63,585 bases of DNA, filler included, from Myxococcota bacterium (GCA_049322255.1; 4 parts of 4 records of this genome joined end to end with filler, not necessarily neighbours in it), one strand, 5' to 3'; positions 30,259 to 39,338 are shown, counted from the whole stretch's first letter. Numbers and translations: made by a program. The notes: generated by a model not told the origin, from the letters alone.

Positions 30259-31572
30259 ATGCCTCCGAAGATTCTCGTGGTCGACGACAACCAGGAGCTG
30301 CGTTCGCTGCTCACTCAACTCTTCGAGAACGCAGGCTACCAAGTGATGGGCGCGGGCAAGGGAAAGCAGGCGCTCGAGCTGGGAATCGTCGAGAAGCCGC
30401 AGCTGGCGGTGCTCGACGTCCTCTTGCCCGACATGATGGGTTACCACCTCGCCGACGGGCTACGAAAAGAGCTGCCCAACCTGCCGGTCCTCTTCATCAC
30501 CGGCGTCTTCAAGGGCGGCAAGCACGCGCTGGAGGCACGCAACAAGCACGGCGCCGTCGGCTACTTCGAGAAGCCCTTCGAGGCGCAGAAGCTCCTCGAG
30601 GCGGTGGCCAAGCTGGTGCCTCCCGGGAAGGTCGAGCCGGCGGAGTCCATCGAAGAAGCCTTCGACGTCGAGCTGGACATCGACGTAGAAGAGGAGGAAC
30701 CGCAGGACGCGATGGAGCTCACCGGGCGCATCAAGGTCACCGGCGGAGACAACATCTCCGCCGAGCTTCGCGGCGCCAACCTCACCGCCACCCCCGCAAA
30801 ACCGGTGATGGTGCGGCCGCCCCCTCCGGGCAGACCCGCGCCTGCCGGGCCCACCCAGAAGACGGACTCCCGCAGCCGGCGCGGAGAGCTCACCGACAAT
30901 TTGCCCTCCCTGTTCACCGCCTTCTACCTGGCCAAAGAGACCGGCGAGCTGGGCATTCAGCGCGGCAAGGTGAAGAAGATCGTCTACTTCGAAAAGGGGC
31001 AACCGGTGTTCGCCCTCTCCAACCTGGTGACCGACCGCTTCGGCCAGTTCCTGGTACGGGTGGGGCGTATCAAGCCCGAGCAGCTGCAGGACGCGGCGAC
31101 GGTGGCCACCGCCACCAAGCGGCGCACCGGCGATGTGCTCATCGAGCGTGGGCTGCTCAAGGACACCGAGCGGCTCTACTACGTGGGCCAACAGGTCAAA
31201 TCCATCATCTACTCTCTCTTCGCCTGGGAGGACGGCACTTACCTCATGTCCTTCAAGGACAAGGCGGGCGCCGAGTCGATCAAGCTCGACGTCCACCCGG
31301 CCAACCTCATCATTCGCGGGGTGAAGAAGCTCTACAAGCCCGAGCGCCTACGCCGCCTGCTCAAGCCCGAGGAGCGGCTCATTCCCTCGCTGCAGCCCGC
31401 TTACCAGCTCAACGAGGTGGAGCTGGAGAAGTGGGAGGCGGAGTTCCTCCCCAAGGTGGACGGCACCCGCAACGTGGGCGAGCTCCTCGCCGCCGCCGGT
31501 CGCCCCGAGCACGTGGTGTACGGCTTTTTGGTGTCGATGCTCGCGCTGTCCATTCTCGAGCGCCGCGAATGA
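30259..31572 (+). CDS. Response regulator with C-terminal DUF4388 domain (SgnC-like)
   Basis: Receiver motifs ILVVDD, LDVLLP and EKPF; TGEL..KKIVYFEKG.PVFALSN..DRFG..FAWEDG. Confidence 0.88.
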   Translation: MPPKILVVDDNQELRSLLTQLFENAGYQVMGAGKGKQALELGIVEKPQLAVLDVLLPDMMGYHLADGLRKELPNLPVLFITGVFKGGKHALEARNKHGAVGYFEKPFEAQKLLEAVAKLVPPGKVEPAESIEEAFDVELDIDVEEEEPQDAMELTGRIKVTGGDNISAELRGANLTATPAKPVMVRPPPPGRPAPAGPTQKTDSRSRRGELTDNLPSLFTAFYLAKETGELGIQRGKVKKIVYFEKGQPVFALSNLVTDRFGQFLVRVGRIKPEQLQDAATVATATKRRTGDVLIERGLLKDTERLYYVGQQVKSIIYSLFAWEDGTYLMSFKDKAGAESIKLDVHPANLIIRGVKKLYKPERLRRLLKPEERLIPSLQPAYQLNEVELEKWEAEFLPKVDGTRNVGELLAAAGRPEHVVYGFLVSMLALSILERRE

Positions 31573-31573
31573 G

Positions 31574-32206
31574 CTACAGGCGCACGGCGATCCAGAACAC
31601 GCCGAGCGCCGCCGAGCCGAGCGCCGCCCCGCGGTGAATCCAGCGCGAGGTGCCCGCACCCAGACGGTGCAGCCCTTCGGCCAAGAGCAACCCCAGCGTT
31701 CCCATTCCCACCAAGATGCCGAGGGCGAACCCCGGCAGGTAGCTCCAGGCGGAGAGGCTCAGGCTCCCGCCCACCACCAGCGGCGGCACGGCGAGCAAGA
31801 GCGAGCGTGCGCCCGAGAAAGCCATCAGCGCGCCGGCGGCCATCGGCACCCGCGGGTGCACGTGGTCGTCGCCGTGGCCGCCCAGATGGGGGTGGCCGTG
31901 GCGGAGTGCTCCGGGGAAGAGCAGCGCCGAAACCGCGAGGCCGACGAGCACCACCCCTCCGAAGACCTCCGCCCACCGCTCGAAAGCCTCGGAGAGGCCC
32001 AGCCCGGCGATGAGGCACAGGCCAGACACTCCGCCCAATACCACCGCGTGGCCGACGGCGAAGCGCACCGCGGTGGAGAGCGCGGCGCGACGCCGGTGTT
32101 CGCCCACGGTGCCCAAGGTGACCATCGCCGCGCAGTGGTCGGGGCCCACCGCGTGGAGCAGCCCTTGGCCCAGACCGAGCAAAAAAGGTAGGAAGGCGGT
32201 GGACAC
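31574..32206 (-). CDS. Nickel/cobalt transporter-like membrane protein (UreH/HoxN-type)
   Basis: LHAVGPDH motif, FAVGH, His-rich loop HGHPHLGGHGDDHVH, about 6 TM helices. Confidence 0.78.
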   Translation of the reverse strand: MSTAFLPFLLGLGQGLLHAVGPDHCAAMVTLGTVGEHRRRAALSTAVRFAVGHAVVLGGVSGLCLIAGLGLSEAFERWAEVFGGVVLVGLAVSALLFPGALRHGHPHLGGHGDDHVHPRVPMAAGALMAFSGARSLLLAVPPLVVGGSLSLSAWSYLPGFALGILVGMGTLGLLLAEGLHRLGAGTSRWIHRGAALGSAALGVFWIAVRL

Positions 32207-32254
32207 CGGCCGGCACCTATACCCGTGGTTGGCGTGGAGCGCTAGGGAGTGCTG

Positions 32255-33352
32255 ATGATGACGGGCGCGATGCGATGGGTGGTGTGCACCTTTACTGCTC
32301 TCTTGCCGGCCGTCGGTCATGGCTGGGGTTTCGACGGTCACCGCCGGCTCGCGCGGCACATGCAGGATGCGCTGCCGACCAATTCCTGCCTGCGGCTGTG
32401 GATTGCCGCCAATCAGAGCTTCAGCTTTCAGAATGCAGCGGCGGATCCAGATCGCTGGCGCATCCAGAGTCACCCCAACTACGACCCCGACGAATGGCCG
32501 CGCCATTACCTGGAAATCGATTGGGCGAGTCCCATCGAGAGCTACCCACATGATTGGACCGAGGTGGAAGCGCGGTTTGGGCAGTATGCGGTGAAGAACG
32601 GGCAGGTGCCGTGGCGCTCGGAGGAGTACTACGGCCGCCTGGTGACCGCTTTCCGGAACGGTGACACCGCTGCCATCCTCACCGTGCTCGCACATTATTC
32701 GCACTACGTGACCGATGCCTTCTCGGTGCTGCACGACACCAAGAACTTCGATCCCAACGGGCTGCACGCACGCTGGGAGTCCGACATGCTGGCGGTGGCG
32801 GCGAACCTCGATGGCATCACCGCGGCGTTTCCCCAGTACCTGGGCAGCGTCGGCCGCGCGCACCCCCGGCACCATGTGTTCGACATCGTCATCGTCGGTA
32901 ACGGGCTTTTGGGTCAGCTCCTCGCCGCAGACCAGGCGGCGAGCGCGAGCGGCACCTTCGACATGCCGGCTTTCTACAGCGGGGTGCGAGAGCTCACTGC
33001 GCGCCGGTGGGCCGACGCCCTCACCCTGTACGGCAGTCTGATTGCCAGCGCGTGGATCGACGCCGGCTCGCCGCTGCTTGCGGGCATGCCCAGCGGCTGC
33101 TCGATGCAGGTGCCGCAAGGAGAGCTGGTGCTGCGTGGTTATGCGCTGCCGCCACCGTGGCAGCCGCCCGATGCGGGCAGCTTCGCCGACGCCGGCGTGC
33201 CCGAGGACGGAGGCAGCGGCATCGGCCCTGCGAATCCGCCTCCTCCGCCGGAACCGGCCGACCCGAGCTGCGGTTGCACGGGCGCGGGCGGAGGCATTGC
33301 CTGGGTGGCGCTCGTTCTTCTGGCAAGGAGACCAGCTCACCATGGGAAATGA
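32255..33352 (+). CDS. S1/P1 nuclease / Zn phospholipase C-like protein with MYXO-CTERM-like tail
   Basis: Mature N-terminus WGFDGH, ADPDRWR, HY, HYVTD..LH, LHARWE; DAG linker; CGC + TM + RR. Confidence 0.8.
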   Translation: MMTGAMRWVVCTFTALLPAVGHGWGFDGHRRLARHMQDALPTNSCLRLWIAANQSFSFQNAAADPDRWRIQSHPNYDPDEWPRHYLEIDWASPIESYPHDWTEVEARFGQYAVKNGQVPWRSEEYYGRLVTAFRNGDTAAILTVLAHYSHYVTDAFSVLHDTKNFDPNGLHARWESDMLAVAANLDGITAAFPQYLGSVGRAHPRHHVFDIVIVGNGLLGQLLAADQAASASGTFDMPAFYSGVRELTARRWADALTLYGSLIASAWIDAGSPLLAGMPSGCSMQVPQGELVLRGYALPPPWQPPDAGSFADAGVPEDGGSGIGPANPPPPPEPADPSCGCTGAGGGIAWVALVLLARRPAHHGK

Positions 33353-35018
33353 GCGGAACGGCGCTTCGCGGGCACTCATGGCGTTGCTGTGGGTGGTCTC
33401 GAGCGCGTGCAAGTGCGGAGGGCCGGTAGATGGGGGCGGCACGACCGTCTCCGGAACGGTCTTGCGCGACGGCTTGTGCGAGGCCGTGGCAGGGGCAGAG
33501 GTCAAGGTGCTGGACGCGAGCGCGGGGGTCACCACGAGCGCGGAGGGCACCTTCGAGCTCGCAGGGGTTCCTTCCAACGCCGTTTTCGAAATCAGTGCTC
33601 CCGGAGTGGTTCCCACCCTCTCCGCTGTCCGTGTTTCCCTGGAGAACGGCGGACCCATCGAGCTGGCGGCGGTGAGCGAGAGCGCCTTCGACCTCCTTTA
33701 TCTGCTCGCCGGCGTCCAGCAAAACCCCAAGGCGGGCTCGGTCGTCTCGGTGACCGTCGACGCGCGGCAGCTTCCGGTGGGAGAGGCGCAGGTCGAGCTC
33801 CTTCACGCCGAGGATGGTCAGCCCGCCGGCGGAGAGCGACGTTACGCCGAGCAGAACGGCTCGTTCCTCATCTTCCCCAGCGAAGCCAGCCGCGCTTCGA
33901 CCGACGGCCAGGTGGGCATGGTGGTGTTCTTGAACGTGGGGCCGGGGGAGTACCTGCTCCGCGTGACTCGGGAGGGGTACGTGTTTCCCGAACAACGGGT
34001 GACAGTGCAGGCCGGAAAGGTGAGCGCCGACTTCCACACGGGGCAAGGCGAGGGAGGCAGCGCGCCGGTGGAGGTGAGTGGCACCGTGTACGCCGCTCCT
34101 CCCTATTGCCAGGGCGGAGACTTCGCGCCCGCGGCGGGGGCTCTCGTTTCGGTGTACTCGTGGAGCGACGGGGCCACCTATGAAACCACCTCCGACGCGG
34201 ACGGAGGCTACCGGGTGGAGCTGCCCTTCATTCGCCGCCGGATTGACGTCACCGCTTCTCTCCCCAACCGCCGCACCGTGCGCGGCCGAGCGTTCTGCGC
34301 GCTGACGACTTCGTTCAACGTCTCCCACAAGTGGCTGCGCACCCAGGAGCAGGAACAGGCTTGGCTGAACATGGCGCTGGAGCACCACTCCCTCGACCCC
34401 GATGCTGGCCACGTTCGGGCAGCGGTGGAGCGCTTCAACTTGGGTACCCCCGTCGCCGTGGGTGGGGCGCGCCTTCGCCTCGCGCCCGACGTCGCCTCGG
34501 TGAGCTACGACGTCCTCAAAGGCAACGTCTCCGCTTGCGCCAGCCGTTCTTGCACCTCGGCCAACGACTGCGCGGCGGGAGCGCGGTGCGAAAATGGCGA
34601 GTGCTTGCTGGGGGTCGCCGGGCCGCTGTGCCAACGGTGTGGTGCGGGCGGCAGTTGCCCCGCCGGTTACCGCGGAGAGGTGGTGAACAACTTCGCCATC
34701 GGGACGACCGCCTGTCACTGCCTCCCCGAACGCTCCGGGTGCCCACCTCCTACCGACCAGCCTTGTCCCCAAGGCACCTTCTGTTACGCCTGGGGAACCT
34801 GCGTCGGTGGCCCCTTGAGACACGTCTGCCTTCCCCTCGACGCGAAAGACGAAGTCACCCAGCTCGATTCAGCCGGCCGCGCGCTCTGGGCAGTGATTCC
34901 CAACGTCCCCGAGGGCCGCTACACCCTCCACGCCGAAGCAGATGCGGGCGTTTTCTTCCCAGCCCGGTTGCGGGTGAGCGCGGGCATCAGCCACGAAGTC
35001 TGGGTGAGCGGCCCCTGA
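33342..35018 (+). CDS. Lipoprotein with carboxypeptidase-regulatory-like beta-sandwich repeats and Cys-rich insert
   Basis: SSAC lipobox; VSGTV..VAGAEV..TTSAEGTF repeats; Cys-rich C-terminal part. Confidence 0.72.
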   Translation: MGNERNGASRALMALLWVVSSACKCGGPVDGGGTTVSGTVLRDGLCEAVAGAEVKVLDASAGVTTSAEGTFELAGVPSNAVFEISAPGVVPTLSAVRVSLENGGPIELAAVSESAFDLLYLLAGVQQNPKAGSVVSVTVDARQLPVGEAQVELLHAEDGQPAGGERRYAEQNGSFLIFPSEASRASTDGQVGMVVFLNVGPGEYLLRVTREGYVFPEQRVTVQAGKVSADFHTGQGEGGSAPVEVSGTVYAAPPYCQGGDFAPAAGALVSVYSWSDGATYETTSDADGGYRVELPFIRRRIDVTASLPNRRTVRGRAFCALTTSFNVSHKWLRTQEQEQAWLNMALEHHSLDPDAGHVRAAVERFNLGTPVAVGGARLRLAPDVASVSYDVLKGNVSACASRSCTSANDCAAGARCENGECLLGVAGPLCQRCGAGGSCPAGYRGEVVNNFAIGTTACHCLPERSGCPPPTDQPCPQGTFCYAWGTCVGGPLRHVCLPLDAKDEVTQLDSAGRALWAVIPNVPEGRYTLHAEADAGVFFPARLRVSAGISHEVWVSGP

Positions 35019-35370
35019 GGCGCCGACGCGCAAGCCACGCTCCCATCAGCCCCAGTGAGAGAGCGCCCCAGCCTGTCCCCAGGGAGCAGCCACAGCCTTT
35101 GGAGACAGGCGCTTCGTCGCCCGCGTCGTTCTGTCCCGCGTCGCTCTGAGGGTTCGGTACGGGTGAGGCGGTGGTGTTGTCGACGAAGGTGTGTGCCAGC
35201 GAGAACGCCATCTGCTTCGAGAATCATCAGCACCCGAAGTGCGTGCAGTCCGCCTCCTGGCAAATCTGAAGGAACGATTTGCACGTTGGTTGGATCAGAG
35301 ACGAAGTCAGCCTGGGACGTATCACCGGTTTCGGAGTCGACCCTGTGTTGCGCTGCATGACGCCATGAAG
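34987..35370 (-). pseudogene. Orphan C-terminal remnant of a MYXO-CTERM-like protein
   Basis: DAG linker-GCGC-TM-RRR tail with upstream stops or frameshift and no signal peptide. Confidence 0.45.
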
Positions 35371-35396
35371 TCCTGCGGTGATGCTCGCCGGCTGGC

Positions 35397-35576
35397 TCAG
35401 GCGTGCGGCTCGGTGGGGTCTTTCCCGCGGAAAGTCGAGGAGAGGTCCTGGGCGAGGGCGAGGTGCTCCTTCGTCCCCAAGGTGTGTAACCGGTCTTCCG
35501 GGGGATGGAAGAAGCGCTGAGCGAGGACGTCGAGCCGGGCGTTGGCTTCCTCCACCCGCGCGCGTGGCAGGCGGCC
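35397..35576 (-). CDS. C-terminal fragment, probably GH3 beta-N-acetylhexosaminidase (NagZ-like)
   Basis: My translation GRLPRARVEEANARLDVLAQRFFHPPEDRLHTLG...GKDPTEPHA* resembles the GH3 terminal helix; cut by scaffold end. Confidence 0.5.
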   Translation of the reverse strand, partial: GRLPRARVEEANARLDVLAQRFFHPPEDRLHTLGTKEHLALAQDLSSTFRGKDPTEPHA

Positions 35577-35676
35577 NNNNNNNNNNNNNNNNNNNNNNNN
35601 NNNNNNNNNNNNNNNNNNNNTTAATTAATTAANNNNNNNNNNNNNNNNNNNNNNNNNNNNNNNNNNNNNNNNNNNN
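35577..35676. other. Scaffold linker
   Basis: N-TTAATTAATTAA-N. Confidence 0.97.
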
Positions 35677-36089
35677 TAGGCCATCAGCTGCGACACGTTG
35701 TAGTTGGCCACCTGGTACGCCGAAGGGTCGACGGCGGGCTGCGGCGTCTGCTGCCGCGCGGTGAAGAGGCCCTTGGCCATCTCGAGCAAGTCGGAGCTGT
35801 TCATCGCAGTCTTCACCCAGCTCCCCAGAGACGACAGCCCGGTCTTGCTGAGCAGACTGGTGACGGGCCCCATGAACTTGCTGGCAAAGCCGGTGAACAT
35901 CGACCCGACGCTGCCGAAGCTCAAGCCCGCACCTGCGAGCAGCGGCGCGGCGGCTCCCAGGGTGAGGGCGGTCAGCCCGCCAGCGATGAGAAGCTTGCCC
36001 AGGGGAGACTTGACGAACTTCGACAGCCCCTTGCCAATTGACTTGATGCCCTTGCTGACACCCTTGACGATTTTCTTGAGGAAACCCAT
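35677..36089 (-). CDS. Hypothetical protein with cationic amphipathic N-terminus and hydrophobic segment (3' truncated)
   Basis: AAGGAG RBS; MGFLKKIVKGVSKGIKSIGKGLSKFVK followed by a Gly/Ala/Leu-rich stretch. Confidence 0.75.
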
Positions 36090-36161
36090 GGCGTGCTCCT
36101 TTTCGAGCCAAAAATCGGCGTTCTTGAGTGGATTCTCGCCCTTTGCGAAAAAGAGTTGCGC

Positions 36162-36560
36162 CTACACCTTCCCGCCACCACCTCGCCGCGATTTGACGTC
36201 GTCTTTCAGGTCGTCGCGCACCTCGTCCGGAGAGGCCTTGGCGGGAGGCGCCTCGGGAAGGGCCACTTTCGGCTTGGCCGCCTTTTGGTACCCACTCCCC
36301 TGGGTCACCGCGCTGATTTCCAGGCCTTCCTGGATGTAGTCGTTCATCTCCTTCATGTCCGGGGGCGGAGGCGCTCCCATGGCCTTGAGGTTCTCGTCGG
36401 AGATGAGAAGGAGCTCAGGCTCGGCGCCGGGGTTCATCGCAAACTCGAGCACCTGCTCGACGTACTCCTCCAACGGTACTTCCAGCGTCTCGGCGATTCG
36501 TGCCGTGTTTGGATCAGCCAAAATGGCCGCGCGAATCGCCTGTGGGTCTTTGGGAGCCAT
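36162..36560 (-). CDS. Small acidic hypothetical protein
   Basis: 132 aa, helical and acidic; TACAAT just upstream of the ATG. Confidence 0.72.
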   Translation of the reverse strand: MAPKDPQAIRAAILADPNTARIAETLEVPLEEYVEQVLEFAMNPGAEPELLLISDENLKAMGAPPPPDMKEMNDYIQEGLEISAVTQGSGYQKAAKPKVALPEAPPAKASPDEVRDDLKDDVKSRRGGGGKV

Positions 36561-36601
36561 AGGGCCCTGGATTGTAAACGAGCCGGGCGGGTTTTCACCC
36601 T

Positions 36602-37912
36602 TCAGAACTTGGACCAGCGCTGCGTCACCCCACCCGGGCCGGTGAGGTGCACCTGAAGCTCCCCCTCCTTGCGCCTCTCCAGCCGTCGAAGAATCGGGCT
36701 CTTGGACAAGAGGTATCGAGCCAGTCCTCGCCCGACGGCTTCGGCTTCGGAAGAGAATACCTTCGGATCGAAGCGCAGCTCGACGGTGATGTGGGCGATG
36801 ACGCGGCGCGCCTCGTTCAGGCGGGCCTCGAACTTCACCGCGCCGGCTTCCGGAGAGCGAATGAGGCCCAGCGTCTCCATCGGGTGTGGGTGGCGCGCCA
36901 CCTCCGGGCGCCCCTCGAGAAAATCCACCACGTCCTGCGAGGCCACCAACACCCTGCCGTCGAGCACCAGCGACTCAGACAGCCGGCCGCGAAAGCGGAT
37001 GCCGATGTCTTGGCCTTCCGCGCAGCGTGGGCCCAGCTCGACCAAATCTCCGGTCCAATAGCGCACCAGCGGCATGGCCTGCGCGAAGGGAAACAGCCCG
37101 GTCAGCACCAGCACCCCGGTGCCGCGCTCGAGGGCTTGGCGGGTGTGGGCGTCGACCACTTCGAAATACAACGGCGGGGGAAGCCAATGGTTGTACCCGC
37201 ACCTTTGGCACTCCAGCGCCGGCGACTCGAACTCCGAGAGGCTGTAGTTGTCCAGCACCGCGGCGTCGAACACCTCGGCGACGAGCCTGCGCCAGTGCGG
37301 CGAGAGGCGAAAGCCGGTGGTGCCGATGGTGCGCACCTTCCAGCGGGAGGGGTCCACTCCTCGCTCCAAAAGATGGGCGGTGAAGGGCATCAGCGCGCCC
37401 GCCCCTATCACCAGCGAGGTCACCCAGCGGCCGTCGGCCTGCGGCCGCGAGAGCATCTCCTCCAGTAGCCGCAAGGCATTGGCGGTGTACGTCCACGGCA
37501 TTCGGAGCCGGTCTGCGAACGGCGGCCCCAGGGGAATACCGTGGTGCATCGCACGCACTTCGAGCACCCAGCCGGGATGGCGGCGAGCGCGCGGCGGCCG
37601 CTCGTGCATCGCGAGGAAATCATCCAGCGCCTTCTTCTCGACCTCGGTGCGCAGCACGCGCAAGGGGCGCTGGTCGCCGTGCATCGTCCCCGAGGAGACG
37701 GCGCCCACGTAGGCGAAGCGCTCGCCGGCGAGCAGCTCTTCTTGGTGTGCGATGGCCTCGTCCTTGGTGAGGAAGGGCAACCGCGTCAGCCGAAGCTGCT
37801 TGGGGCGCGCGCCCCAACGCTTGCGGTAATACGGCACCCGAGTCGCCGCGTGCTCGAGCGTGGGCCCAAGGAGCAGCTGGCGCAGCTTCGCCGGCGAAGG
37901 GTTACTCGCCAC
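36602..37912 (-). CDS. PaaK-like (phenylacetate-CoA ligase family, ANL) adenylate-forming enzyme
   Basis: VPYYR..LPFLTK, SSGT (A3), NYSLSE (A5), RYWTGD (A7), FRGR (A8), terminal SKF; GTG start overlaps the upstream peptide gene. Confidence 0.82.
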   Translation of the reverse strand: MASNPSPAKLRQLLLGPTLEHAATRVPYYRKRWGARPKQLRLTRLPFLTKDEAIAHQEELLAGERFAYVGAVSSGTMHGDQRPLRVLRTEVEKKALDDFLAMHERPPRARRHPGWVLEVRAMHHGIPLGPPFADRLRMPWTYTANALRLLEEMLSRPQADGRWVTSLVIGAGALMPFTAHLLERGVDPSRWKVRTIGTTGFRLSPHWRRLVAEVFDAAVLDNYSLSEFESPALECQRCGYNHWLPPPLYFEVVDAHTRQALERGTGVLVLTGLFPFAQAMPLVRYWTGDLVELGPRCAEGQDIGIRFRGRLSESLVLDGRVLVASQDVVDFLEGRPEVARHPHPMETLGLIRSPEAGAVKFEARLNEARRVIAHITVELRFDPKVFSSEAEAVGRGLARYLLSKSPILRRLERRKEGELQVHLTGPGGVTQRWSKF

Positions 37913-38108
37913 CACCCGAGGAGGGGAACCCAGTCGGGCGGGTGGAGAAGCCGTCACCAGACTCCGCGCCGCCACCCGTTCGGACGTAAGCATTCGTCTC
38001 GGAGCCCGCCGCGCGACGAACGTTTTCTCTTCCGCCGCTGCGCTTGGGCTGAGACCGCCTGGGCCGTGAGGAGGCTTTGGCGGTCCGCGTACCCGTGATT
38101 TTCGGCAT
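37902..38108 (-). CDS. 68-aa Arg/Ser/Gly-rich peptide with repeated GG-x-E motifs; candidate precursor peptide
   Basis: GAAGGGG RBS, own sigma70-like promoter, mostly G/C third positions, stop overlaps the PaaK-like start. Confidence 0.62.
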   Translation of the reverse strand: MPKITGTRTAKASSRPRRSQPKRSGGRENVRRAAGSETNAYVRTGGGAESGDGFSTRPTGFPSSGGGE

Positions 38109-38137
38109 CGTCGAGCCCCTTCCCAAAGAAGGAAGAC

Positions 38138-38167
38138 AGTATGGCGGCGCGGCGCCGACCTGGTCAA
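38138..38167 (-). promoter_or_regulatory. sigma70-like promoter TTGACC-N18-CATACT
   Basis: About 30 nt upstream of the peptide ATG at 38108. Confidence 0.55.
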
Positions 38168-38175
38168 ACGACCCG

Positions 38176-38733
38176 CTACGCGGTGCGGGAGTTGGTCATG
38201 TAGCTGCGGATGAGCTGATCCAGCTCTTGTTGCTCGCGGCGTACCGTGGTGAGCTCTGGCTTGGTGAGCCGGCCGTCAGAGGCGGCCTGGGCATTGTCAT
38301 AGCCGTTCGCCGCCATCCGCTCGATGAGTACCCGGGCCTCGGCGTCGGTCAGGGAGCCGTCCTTGACCCCTTGGCCGATGAGCTTGGCCTGGTCTTCGAT
38401 CTTCTGCTGAACGTCCTTGGGCAGCGGTGCGAAGTCATTGCCCAACGAGGGGCCCTTGGCCTTGTTGTGCCTGGCCTGGAAGATGTCGCGGCTCGCTTCC
38501 GCCTGCATCTTCTTGAGCTCCTTGTACTCCTTGGCGGTCAGCTTGCCGTCGGAGAGCGCCTCGCCCTTGGCCAAGGCAATTTTGGCCTGTTGTCCGGCCA
38601 GCTTGGTGTACTCGGCCTTGGTCAACGAACCGTCCTTGACGCCCTGCTTCATCCGCTCAATCTGATTTTTCTGCGAATGGTCGACGTTCTTCTTCAACTT
38701 GGCCTGAAAAGATTTCTTGTTTGAGATGTGCAT
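38176..38733 (-). CDS. Helical repeat protein (two QGVKDGSLT..E..SDG.LT..E units)
   Basis: Internal duplication visible; AGGGAG RBS; no Sec signal. Confidence 0.75.
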   Translation of the reverse strand: MHISNKKSFQAKLKKNVDHSQKNQIERMKQGVKDGSLTKAEYTKLAGQQAKIALAKGEALSDGKLTAKEYKELKKMQAEASRDIFQARHNKAKGPSLGNDFAPLPKDVQQKIEDQAKLIGQGVKDGSLTDAEARVLIERMAANGYDNAQAASDGRLTKPELTTVRREQQELDQLIRSYMTNSRTA

Positions 38734-38750
38734 TTCTTTCTCCCTGAAGT

Positions 38751-39338
38751 TTAAGCGTTCGAGCGAATCGGGTCGGCGCAGACGTGGCGCATCTCGTGCC
38801 ACATCTGCCGAAGCTGAGGCACCGGGATGCCGGTCTCTCCTTCCGCCTGCGCCTGCCGGGCGTACTTCTCGTACACCTGCAAGACCTGCTTCGCCTCGGG
38901 GGTGAGACGGAATTCGTTCTTCTTGGCCCAACGCATGAACTCGAAGAACTCCGCCCCCGCCGCCTGGTTGTCGCGGTCAACGGTTCCGTTGAAGATGGCG
39001 TTGGCCAGCATCTCACCGGAGATGGGCCCCCGAGGCTGCTTCGCGTTGAGGTCGCGAATCGCCCGCCTCGCGCCGGCGTCATGGGGGACGAATGCATCTT
39101 GATGGTACTGGGCAACCTGCGGAGGCTTTTGCGCCGGCGTCTTCTTCGCCTTCTTCTGCTTGAGCGCATCAGCTCCGTGCGCCACCGCGGCGGGAATCGG
39201 CCCCAGCACTCCCGACTTGGCCGCCTTCTTCCCCAGCTTCTGGACGGTCTTGTTGGCGGCGACCATCCCCGCAGGTCCAAAGGCTCCTACCTTCGCAGCC
39301 TTCCCGACGACGTTGCGAACCGATTTGATGAAGCCCAT
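38751..39338 (-). CDS. Hypothetical protein with MGFIK basic amphipathic N-terminus and helical C-terminal domain
   Basis: AGGGAG RBS; first gene after the sigma54 site. Confidence 0.75.
   Translation of the reverse strand: MGFIKSVRNVVGKAAKVGAFGPAGMVAANKTVQKLGKKAAKSGVLGPIPAAVAHGADALKQKKAKKTPAQKPPQVAQYHQDAFVPHDAGARRAIRDLNAKQPRGPISGEMLANAIFNGTVDRDNQAAGAEFFEFMRWAKKNEFRLTPEAKQVLQVYEKYARQAQAEGETGIPVPQLRQMWHEMRHVCADPIRSNA

Noticed and set aside
31574..33658. 694-aa minus-strand ORF and many other long antisense ORFs
   Set aside because: Shadow ORFs typical of high-GC DNA; only 31574-32206 has real motifs
36132..36159. GCAACT-N14-GCGAGAAT, a possible alternative-sigma (FliA-like) promoter
   Set aside because: Partial match and no convincing second copy in the window
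37913..38167. Long N-terminal extension of the PaaK-like ORF (521 aa in the ORF track)
   Set aside because: Extension is junk-like, begins at the -35 TTG and overlies a better supported small ORF with its own RBS
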